This document shows, in pieces, positions 9,956-17,638 of a DNA stretch of 32,000 nucleotides (position 1 is the first letter of the stretch; the number at the start of each line of letters is the position of its first letter). Under the pieces are notes generated by a model. It ran no database searches. It saw only the letters and a list, made by a program, of their open reading frames with translations, and had not been told where the DNA came from. The DNA lies in NCBI GenBank assembly GCA_030614005.1, contig JAUWKS010000019.1, positions 1 to 32,000 on the forward strand. The letters run 5' to 3'. The position numbers and the translations under genes are program-made. Source of the stretch: Candidatus Heimdallarchaeota archaeon (GTDB lineage: Archaea; Asgardarchaeota; Heimdallarchaeia; JABLTI01).

Positions 9956-10204
9956 TTAAACAGAATCATTTTCTTGTTTAGTAATTCTCCGCCACAATGC
10001 TTCAATATCGTCTTGTATTGTTCTCTCACTACTTCCGCGTTCGCCTAAAGTCCTTACTTTACGTAAGGCGTCTTGAATAAATTGACGAGCATCTCTAAGA
10101 TCTTGTTTAGCTCCTTGTAGGTCACCAATTTGCATCTTTTCATGTGCACTTTTCTTTTTGGTTTCCGCTTTTGTTCGTAAAGATCTTTTTTGGCCCGAAA
10201 TCAT
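9956..10204 (-). CDS. Small helical protein, possibly MIT-like three-helix bundle
   Basis: 82 aa from ATG 10204, with three amphipathic helices separated by GD and GERGS turns. Confidence 0.6.
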   Translation of the reverse strand: MISGQKRSLRTKAETKKKSAHEKMQIGDLQGAKQDLRDARQFIQDALRKVRTLGERGSSERTIQDDIEALWRRITKQENDSV

Positions 10205-10445
10205 TTGAGATTTTCTTACTTTTTCCGGTATCACAATCAAATCCCCAAAGTAAGTAAAGGGTGTCTTTAATTAAAAAGGATTCGAATTTATAGTAAGCAA
10301 ATTAATTATTTGAGAATACAAATTAGTAAATACATTCATTGCTAGAAGAATAACATTATTTTTTCCAAATTTTATGGCGGCAAAATTTACAAAATGAATA
10401 ACAATCTTTTTTATCTTACTTGTAACACACTCTGAATGATGAGCA

Positions 10446-10700
10446 ATGTGTTTAGCAATACCAGGTAAAGTTATAGAAGTAGTCGATGACGATACACTCC
10501 AAATCGATTTTGGTGGTGTGATCCGACAAGTAAAATCTACTTTACTAGAAGAAAAACCAAAATTAAATGATTATGTACTTGTCCATATTGGCTATGCAAT
10601 GGCAATTGTAGAGGAAGAAGATGCATTAGAAACTTTGAGACTCTTAGCTGAAATTGAAAGTTTCAATGTTAATGTTGAAGCTCTTTCAAAAACAGAGTAA
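10446..10700 (+). CDS. hypC: HypC/HupF hydrogenase maturation chaperone
   Basis: MCLAIPGKV, DFGGV, DYVLVHIGYAM, A.ETL. Confidence 0.95.
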   Translation: MCLAIPGKVIEVVDDDTLQIDFGGVIRQVKSTLLEEKPKLNDYVLVHIGYAMAIVEEEDALETLRLLAEIESFNVNVEALSKTE

Positions 10701-10715
10701 CAAATAATCTTTCAT

Positions 10716-11252
10716 TTATTTCTTTTCTAATAACAATTCCAGATAGGATTTTCGAATTGAATCCTTGGGTTCAAAACCAAAACTCAGAGCTATTTTGAAT
10801 AATCTATCTTGTACTTCTTCGTATGATAACATAGAATCAACTTCTTTCTCAATTTCAAGAAAACTCCCCAAAGAATCAACTTGATCTAAGCAGAAGATAA
10901 ATTCTTTGTACTCGTAGACTTTCCGTTCTTTTAAGACAATAAACTCCTTAGTAAATCCAAGCATTTCCAAAATCTGTATCATATTTTCATTACTGTCTAC
11001 TCCAACTTGCACCTCAATTCTCGTCTTTGATTTTCGATCAAATTTCGGTCCTTTGTATGTCAAATAGGAATCTTCTCCTGCTTGTCGAATTCGTATTGCT
11101 TCATCGGTTTTGCTAAAATCTTTATTGGGATGAGAGAAATACAGATCTCTTTGCTTTACAACCTCTTTTAACATAGCTTTTTTCTCTACTAATTTATATT
11201 CTAGTTCAGTTAAATCTTCCACTTGGAATTTAGCTTCTACTTCTACGACCAT
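10716..11252 (-). CDS. CYTH-domain protein (class IV adenylate cyclase, CyaB-like)
   Basis: EVEAKF, QRDLYF, IRIR, LTYKGPK, KER, DQVDSLGSFLEIE, SYLELL. Confidence 0.92.
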   Translation of the reverse strand: MVVEVEAKFQVEDLTELEYKLVEKKAMLKEVVKQRDLYFSHPNKDFSKTDEAIRIRQAGEDSYLTYKGPKFDRKSKTRIEVQVGVDSNENMIQILEMLGFTKEFIVLKERKVYEYKEFIFCLDQVDSLGSFLEIEKEVDSMLSYEEVQDRLFKIALSFGFEPKDSIRKSYLELLLEKK

Positions 11253-11340
11253 TTTTTTCACGTTCAAATTAACACTTTTACAATCTAATATTAGTAATTA
11301 TCCAAAAGAATTTTTAATCAGATAAGAACAAAAATCAATT

Positions 11341-11675
11341 GGTGAGGATTAAACGGTTTCCGGGTGCTCTCGTTAGCATCTGAGGAAGGTCCTTTCTTCC
11401 AGGCTAGCGATACAGTGAAAGCTGTCAAGCGGAATCTTGGCTCTGGGAATAGAAACGATACGTGAATACGGTCTAACAATGATACACGGCGTCTTCGGAA
11501 GCTTTGTTGAGGTTTACGTATACAAAGCGTTGAAACGACCCATCATCGCGGAAGCAAGCTCAAATTGGCTTCAATGACTTGCCAGGAGAAGCGGGTTGAG
11601 CGCGTAGATTGATACCGTGAGAGGAGCTCATCGCAAGGTGATCCTCGAAACAGAAAGAGGACTATTATCCTCTCC
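11341..11675 (+). ncRNA. rnpB: RNase P RNA, archaeal type A
   Basis: P1 GAGGAT/ATCCTC; P2 CGGTTTC/GATACCG; P4 GAGGAAGGTCCTTT with ACAGAAAGAGGACT; P5 CTTCC/GGAAG; AGAAAC and TGAAAC loops flanking a long P12 (ATACGTGAA/TTTACGTAT); P15 GCTCAA/TTGAGC; P16 TGGC/GCCA; P19 with a GCAA loop. Confidence 0.95.
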
Positions 11676-11692
11676 GCTTTTTATTATTGTTA

Positions 11693-12149
11693 TTAATAAT
11701 TATCTGAATATTGACTAAGATCTAATTTGAAAATGGGGGAATGTCCATTTTTCTTTCCTGTTTTCTTAAATCCGGCTTTAACATACAAGCTCGTTGCTAA
11801 TACATTTTCTTCCGAAACATCCAAAAATATCTCTGAACAAGAATATTTTTCCTTCATTTATTTGAAGAGTACTTTTAAGGCCCCTTTACCATATCCTTTT
11901 CCTTGGGATTTTTGATCTATCATATATCTAACAATCCAAATACTATCATCTTCGGGATTTTTTCAAACGCTGAAAAACCAACCATTGTTTCTTTCATATA
12001 AATGCCATAGCATTCAAGAAAGTATGAAATTTCGATTGGGCTATACTTGCTGCATTTGAAGCTACATAATTTTCTTGATCATCTTTCACCTTTAATTTGA
12101 GCGCTTGAAACCAGTTCTCTGCGGTTATTTCTTTAATTGCAATACTCAT
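11693..12149 (-). pseudogene. GNAT N-acetyltransferase (spermidine/diamine type) pseudogene
   Basis: MSIAIKEITAENW...VASNAASIAQSKF / ECYGIY..MVGF / IWIVRYMIDQKSQGKGYGKGAL...K*MKE...N..A..LY.K.GF. Two frameshifts and one in-frame TAA. Confidence 0.9.
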
Positions 12150-12249
12150 GTAAACACCAACATTACTCAATATAATATTTCATTCAGTGGTCACAATATT
12201 AGAAGGAGATGGTCAAATACAGCTAGATTCTGACCAGTGAGAATAATAT

Positions 12250-12693
12250 TCAGCCAATGCTATATCCCAATTTTTGTTTTTCTTCAATAAACCGAATTAT
12301 ATTAATTGTAATATCCTTATGTGATGAAATCTCCAACGCTTTTTCTGGTTTAGCCCAACAATATTCTACATGTTCATGAGATAATCTGACTGACGATTCA
12401 TTTGTTTTGCACCAATATGTTACCCAAATTCGTTCTTGAAATCCATCAATTTCATAATTATGAAAAACGCCTAGCATTTTTATTATTTCAAATTCTTCTA
12501 TCCCTGTCTCTTCTCGAATCTCTCGGGTAAGAGCATCAAAGGGGTTTTCAAATTGCTGTATCCCTCCACCAACAACATCCCAAATGTTTCCTGGTGAATT
12601 ATCAGGACTTCTCTTAATGAGTAAAATTTCACCTTCAGAATTTTCTATTATAGCACCAATAGCGAAATTGAACCTGCCTTCCTCATTATCCAT
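12250..12693 (-). CDS. NUDIX hydrolase
   Basis: Nudix box GGIQQFENPFDALTREIREETGI and LSHEHVEYCW. ATG 12693 overlaps the upstream stop (ATGGATAA). Confidence 0.92.
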   Translation of the reverse strand: MDNEEGRFNFAIGAIIENSEGEILLIKRSPDNSPGNIWDVVGGGIQQFENPFDALTREIREETGIEEFEIIKMLGVFHNYEIDGFQERIWVTYWCKTNESSVRLSHEHVEYCWAKPEKALEISSHKDITINIIRFIEEKQKLGYSIG

Positions 12694-13186
12694 GAATAAT
12701 ATCCCCTTTTGTATTTTCAAAAATGACTTTTTCAATTTGTTGTTTTTCAGCCATTTGTATTCTCAAATATTTCATTAAAGCAGGATGATCTGTTACTTTA
12801 ATTGCATCTTCTGGAGTTAACCATTGATAATCTGTATGTTCATTTGAAAGAATAACCTTAGATGTTCGGGTTTTACACCAGTAAGAAATTCCGATTAGTT
12901 CATTTTCTTTTTTCTTGATATTGTTTCTAAATATATGAAATACAGTTAACGGTTTTACTATTTCTATATCCACAATTCCTGTTTCTTCTTTTATTTCTCT
13001 TCTTAAACCCTCTTCCGGTGATTCAGATTGTTTTAAGCGCCCACCAACATCTTCCCAACAATTAGGAAATTCGGCTTCTGGACGTCTTTTAATTAATAAT
13101 ATCTCACCTACATCATTTTCAATTATCGCAGTAACCGCTACCATAAAATTGGCATTTTCCACATACATCACCAATAAACTAGACAA
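12686..13186 (-). CDS. NUDIX hydrolase
   Basis: Nudix box GRLKQSESPEEGLRREIKEETGI and LSNEHTDYQW. Start may be a few codons downstream. Confidence 0.92.
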   Translation of the reverse strand: MSSLLVMYVENANFMVAVTAIIENDVGEILLIKRRPEAEFPNCWEDVGGRLKQSESPEEGLRREIKEETGIVDIEIVKPLTVFHIFRNNIKKKENELIGISYWCKTRTSKVILSNEHTDYQWLTPEDAIKVTDHPALMKYLRIQMAEKQQIEKVIFENTKGDIIHG

Positions 13187-13749
13187 GAAGTAATGCTAAA
13201 AACAGATTTTATTAATTTACCTACTTCTTAGAAAGCTGTTATAGATAACTAATATATTTCAACGTTTAAGAAATACAAGAAAAAATAAACAAAATAGCAG
13301 GATTTACCCCTGAAGGATTAGAAGAACGACGTAGATTATTGAAACAAAGATTTCTACGGTTATGTGAGAGAATGAAAGAAGATGATTCTCTCAAAGATTG
13401 GGAACGAGAAAAGTATGCTTTACAAGTTCTATCGCATAGATTTTCTAGGTATTCCAGTTGGAAACTTAATAGTTTGTTGGGTATAGTATGAGAAAAATAA
13501 AACATAGATTAATTAATTTTTGTGAACTTATTTATGAGTGAGGAAAGAAAAGAAGGTATTAAACAAGAGAGCATCTTGGGAGAACCAATTCTTAGAAAAA
13601 CACCCTTTCTTCTTGCGTATTCTATAAATAACAATACGTTGAAATTTAAGAGACTCAGTAAAATGGATTATTAACAGCTAACGATTCCAAATCACATCTT
13701 ATACAATAAGTATATTAGAAATGTCTTTGAAATGAGTTAAGGGAATATA

Positions 13750-14274
13750 ATGGTTATCTACTCTACACATCTTTGTATTCTAATTTATGCACAAAACAAT
13801 TGGAAAGATAAGGATTATGAACAGTTTAGTGATATGACTTTAGTTGATTATCTCGGAAAAACTGAGCATTCTGATTGTGAAGTATGTCTAACATGTCCTG
13901 TGTGCCGTGCAGATTGGGAGCTGTTTGATCCTGAGAATCCTGGTGAATATGTTCAATTTTGTGAATACTGTGAGGTGTTATTACCACTTCTTAAGGAACA
14001 CCTAACAGGTGATGGTTTTATCCTGTTTTCCCATAGATTGGTAAAATTAGATGCATTGAAGCAATTCATTGACTTTACTCTTTCAAATAAGAAAATTAAA
14101 AAGGTCTTTGTTATTCAACAATATGATCCAAATAGGAAGCCTGCAAAAGCAACCAAAATGCTTGGGCAAATTAAGCATCAGGAGCTCAAACAATCTGAGT
14201 TTCTTACCTTGATAGAGGCAGAAAAATTCGAATATAATAATTTATATGAAGTTTTCAAGGACAAATACTACTAA
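13750..14274 (+). CDS. Hypothetical Cys-rich putative metal-binding protein
   Basis: 174-aa frame with CEVCLTCPVC and CEYC. Confidence 0.7.
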   Translation: MVIYSTHLCILIYAQNNWKDKDYEQFSDMTLVDYLGKTEHSDCEVCLTCPVCRADWELFDPENPGEYVQFCEYCEVLLPLLKEHLTGDGFILFSHRLVKLDALKQFIDFTLSNKKIKKVFVIQQYDPNRKPAKATKMLGQIKHQELKQSEFLTLIEAEKFEYNNLYEVFKDKYY

Positions 14275-14306
14275 TTTTCCTTCGTGGAATTTTCCAAAAA
14301 ATAAGT

Positions 14307-14355
14307 TGGTGCGTAGATCGGGATTTGAACCCAGGTTCCATACTAAGCAAGCATA
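14307..14355 (-). pseudogene. tRNA 3' remnant (positions 27-76), Gly-like
   Basis: Minus strand: TATGC-TTGCTTA-GTATG-GAAC-CTGGG-TTCAAAT-CCCGA-TCTACGC-A-CCA, then TTATTTTTT. No adjoining D-arm or 5' acceptor strand. Confidence 0.8.
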
Positions 14356-14591
14356 CTTTCGTCTCCCATTGATTTTCTTTGAAACCACTGATTGATTTGA
14401 TTCCAATGCTTTTCACCATGTTAATTTTCGACAAAGGTGCTAATAGATGTATTTATTGACCGTTGTACCATGCTTGTTATCAAAAGCAGCTTCTTAGAAA
14501 GACATAAAAAGCAAAAGTTTTCACACAATACAAACTAGAATTTATTCTAGCAAATAATCCTTTACCTAGATGTCGCTAACGCGGAATTGGT

Positions 14592-14598
14592 AAGGTGA
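14592..14598 (+). promoter_or_regulatory. Shine-Dalgarno site of rpl15e
   Basis: AAGGTGA 6 nt upstream of ATG 14605. Confidence 0.6.
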
Positions 14599-14604
14599 AC
14601 AATT

Positions 14605-15183
14605 ATGTATAAATACGTTGGAAAATTTTGGAAAAACAGAAATAGCCCTGAATTTAAGGCTTTACAACGCAGTAGATTAATTGTTTGGCGTAAAGAAAGT
14701 ACAACTGTAAGAGTTGAAAAGCCAACAAGAATTGATCGTGCTAGAGCTTTAGGTTATAAAGCAAAGAAAGGCTATGTTGTTATTAGAATCAGGATTAGAA
14801 GAACACGTTTAAGAAAAAGCAGACCAAGTCAGGGTAGAACTGGCAAGGGTCAAACTGTTAGAAAAGTCCAACCAGGCAAAAGCTTCAGATGGATTTCAGA
14901 AGAACGTGTTGCTCGCAAGTACCCTAACCTTGAAGTACTCAACTCTTATCCAGTTGGCGAAGATGGAAGATTCAAGTGGTTTGAAGTCATATTAGTTGAC
15001 CCACATAGTCCAGTAATCATCAAAGATCCAAAGATAAATTGGATTTGTCGCCCCGCTAATAAAGGCAGAGTATTCAGAGGCTTAACCAGTGCAGGCAAAA
15101 AATCAAGAGGTCTGTCTAAGAAAGGTACAGGAACTGAGAAAATTAGACCATCTCTACGAGCACATAAGAGAGACGGTAAATAA
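14605..15183 (+). CDS. rpl15e: 50S ribosomal protein eL15
   Basis: EKPTRIDRARALGYKAKKG, YPNLEVLNSY, EDG.FKWFEVILVDP, RVFRGLTSAG. Confidence 0.98.
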   Translation: MYKYVGKFWKNRNSPEFKALQRSRLIVWRKESTTVRVEKPTRIDRARALGYKAKKGYVVIRIRIRRTRLRKSRPSQGRTGKGQTVRKVQPGKSFRWISEERVARKYPNLEVLNSYPVGEDGRFKWFEVILVDPHSPVIIKDPKINWICRPANKGRVFRGLTSAGKKSRGLSKKGTGTEKIRPSLRAHKRDGK

Positions 15184-15187
15184 TCCA

Positions 15188-15210
15188 AGATTTCGACAAT
15201 TAGTCGATCT
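15188..15210 (+). terminator. Hairpin plus T-rich tract after rpl15e
   Basis: AGA-TT-TCGAC-AATTA-GTCGA-TCT followed by CTTTCTTTATCTTTT. Confidence 0.3.
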
Positions 15211-15261
15211 CTTTCTTTATCTTTTATTTTTACTTATTGCAAATCTCTCATTTAGGAGTCA

Positions 15262-15738
15262 ATGTCTTTGTCATCAGAAAACACTATCAAAATAAACGAT
15301 ATTAGAATTTCTTGTAGTGCACATGCTACTGAAGACCTTGAAAAAGTCAAAGAGGCTATGCTATTCTTTCTTCCGGAAAAATTACGAGTAATGGAAGAAA
15401 TAACTGATCTTGATATTATTGGTCATGCCGGGCATCCTATCCATCTCTTAGAATTAGTTGTTAAACATCGAAGAAAAATACTCGAAACGGTAAAATATCT
15501 TGCTGAGCTTTTAGATGATGCAGATAAAGAATTTCTTTTTGATGAACTAGATAGTCATTTAGGGAAAGATAATTGTTTGTATATTCGAGCAAACAAACAA
15601 GATGCGCTAAATGAAACGTTTACTTTAGATGAGAAAGATAATACAATTAAACTAGTTATTAAATTGATAATATATCAACGCAAGCCACAGTTAATTGAGG
15701 AAACACTTGAAAAATATGGGTTGATAAAGAAGGAATGA
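15262..15738 (+). CDS. RNA-binding-domain protein (DUF54/UPF0201-like)
   Basis: HATEDLEKVKEA, GHAGHPI, LYIRANKQDA, plus its usual position between rpl15e and rpp30. Confidence 0.88.
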   Translation: MSLSSENTIKINDIRISCSAHATEDLEKVKEAMLFFLPEKLRVMEEITDLDIIGHAGHPIHLLELVVKHRRKILETVKYLAELLDDADKEFLFDELDSHLGKDNCLYIRANKQDALNETFTLDEKDNTIKLVIKLIIYQRKPQLIEETLEKYGLIKKE

Positions 15739-15745
15739 TCCATCG

Positions 15746-16870
15746 ATGATCCCTTTCGTTGAACCAACAGTATATGCCGATGATGAGAAATCAATGCTTG
15801 AATTTGATGCTATTGCTTCACGCCTAGGTATAACTGGTTATGCAGTTTACAATTTTTCAGTTAAAGAAGGAAAAAACACTATAGTGCAAGAGACAGTGGA
15901 ACATTTCTCAAGAAAAGATATTAAAATTACAAATCTAAATAAGGTACGTAATTTCCTTTCAAAGGAAAGAAAGCAATGTGAACTGTTGAGTATAACCACT
16001 ACAGATGCAAAAATCGCTCAGTGGGTAGTTAAGGATAATAGAGTTGATATTCTATCAATTCCTGTTTCAAAAATAAAAGAGATTATAACTGAACAATTAG
16101 CCAATGTTGCTGCTGCAAATCAAACTTTTCTTGAAATAGACTTAAGCTCAATAATACATTCTGCAAATAGGAAATCGATTATTCTACACAAATTAACTAG
16201 GGTTATGAGATTAATACTAAAACAAAGAGCACCTTTTGTTTTTACTACTAAAGCAAAAAATCCATTCGATTTAAGAGATATGCGCTCAATTATTGCACTA
16301 GGCAATCTTATTGGAGTTCCGGAACTGAGAACCAAAGATTGTATGAAAGCATTTTATGAAAGAATTCACCTGAACAAGAAAAAACTCAAAGATGAATTCA
16401 TTACAACAGGTATTTGGAAGAAAAGCAAGAATCAACTACCTAAAGAAACAAAGAGCAAAAAGAAAAAAACATTAGAAGTTGAGATTGATTCGGATGATTT
16501 GTCAGTAGAATTTATTAAACAGTCAGAAGAAAAAAGAAGGTTGGACAGACAGAGATATATTCTCTTTGAAATTCTTTCAGAGAAGAAATCGAAGTTTGAA
16601 AAGAAACATATTGAAGATTTAATATGGAATGAAATTGGCAATCATTTTGGATCTGTAGGTAGTTCTAGAATAGGAATGTTTTTCTCATACTTTAATTTAG
16701 AGAAGCAATTTGGAATTATTCGTTGTACCAATCATTCATTACAATCAATCAGAGCAGTCTTTTCATTCATTACTGATATTGAAGATGAAAAGGTTCTATT
16801 TCATATTATGAAGGTCTCAGGTACTATTCGTTCTTTAGTTAAAATAGCAAAGAAGAAAGAAAAGAAATAG
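15746..16870 (+). CDS. Fused RNase P protein subunits Rpp30 (aa ~1-225) and Pop5 (aa ~264-374)
   Basis: Rpp30-like RVDILS, FLEIDLSSII, PFVFTTKA.NPFDLR, FITTGIW. Pop5-like RQRYILFEI, FGSVGSS, GIIRC, KVSGTIR. One continuous frame. Confidence 0.9.
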   Translation: MIPFVEPTVYADDEKSMLEFDAIASRLGITGYAVYNFSVKEGKNTIVQETVEHFSRKDIKITNLNKVRNFLSKERKQCELLSITTTDAKIAQWVVKDNRVDILSIPVSKIKEIITEQLANVAAANQTFLEIDLSSIIHSANRKSIILHKLTRVMRLILKQRAPFVFTTKAKNPFDLRDMRSIIALGNLIGVPELRTKDCMKAFYERIHLNKKKLKDEFITTGIWKKSKNQLPKETKSKKKKTLEVEIDSDDLSVEFIKQSEEKRRLDRQRYILFEILSEKKSKFEKKHIEDLIWNEIGNHFGSVGSSRIGMFFSYFNLEKQFGIIRCTNHSLQSIRAVFSFITDIEDEKVLFHIMKVSGTIRSLVKIAKKKEKK

Positions 16871-16907
16871 CAACTTTGTAATTTAGAGAGTTAGAGTGTT
16901 CAAGTCA

Positions 16908-17522
16908 CTATTCTTGTAGTTTTTGATTGTTAAACATGGTAATTTTCCAAATGTCATTTTCAGAACCCCTTTCAAGGATGTTTATCATGCAACTACCAAA
17001 CCATTCATCTAATTTTGTTGGTAGGAGATTTAAGATTCTAATTAAAATATGATATAATGTACCGCCATGACCAACAAGCAAGATTGTAGAATCTTCAGTG
17101 TTATTTTCTACAATTTCGAGAAATGCTTCTTGTATCCGCACAGTCATATCATAATTACTTTCTCCACCAGTAATTTTCTCTTCTACATTTACTAATGTTG
17201 AATCAAGATATTCTCTCTCTTCTTTTGTTATATCTGCTGATAACCTTCCTGTGAAATCTCCTGCATCACCTTCTCTCAATCTTTTATCGAGAATAATCTT
17301 TTCAATCCTAAGTTCATCACAAATTAGAGAAGCAGTTTCTGCAGCTCTTTTCAAATCAGAGGAATATACAGCATCAAATTTTAGATTATTTTCTGCTAAC
17401 TTTTTCCCCAAAGATTGAGCTTGTTCTCTCCCAAATGTTGTTAATGGTGTTGCTCTATGACCAGCTATTACTTTGTTTATGTTATCTTTACTTTGACCAT
17501 GCCTAACTAAATAGAATCTCAT
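16908..17522 (-). CDS. Histidine phosphatase family protein
   Basis: LVRHGQS, SSDLKRAAETA, LREGDAGDFTG, GGES, LVGHGG. Confidence 0.93.
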   Translation of the reverse strand: MRFYLVRHGQSKDNINKVIAGHRATPLTTFGREQAQSLGKKLAENNLKFDAVYSSDLKRAAETASLICDELRIEKIILDKRLREGDAGDFTGRLSADITKEEREYLDSTLVNVEEKITGGESNYDMTVRIQEAFLEIVENNTEDSTILLVGHGGTLYHILIRILNLLPTKLDEWFGSCMINILERGSENDIWKITMFNNQKLQE

Positions 17523-17638
17523 AACGTAACCTCAGATTATCTTATGGGAGATTTTTTTCAATATAAAACTCTTATTTTCATTTTAATTTGTTATATTTCA
17601 TTCTAATAAAGTAAAATAAAAAATAGAATGTAAAAAGA

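Noticed and set aside
10432-10442. CTGA-ATGATGA (D/C-box-like) just before hypC
   Set aside because: No downstream D'/D box at guide spacing and no terminal stem.
11860-11870. Stop-codon recoding in the GNAT gene
   Set aside because: The stop is TAA, which is not used for Sec or Pyl, and two frameshifts are also present.
14307-14355. Functional tRNA-Ser(GCT)
   Set aside because: No long variable arm, no D arm, and a Gly-type acceptor end.
14307-14480. tmRNA-like molecule (T arm plus CCA preceded by a short ORF)
   Set aside because: The acceptor end lacks the G3-U70 alanine determinant, and no matching 5' strand or pseudoknots were seen.
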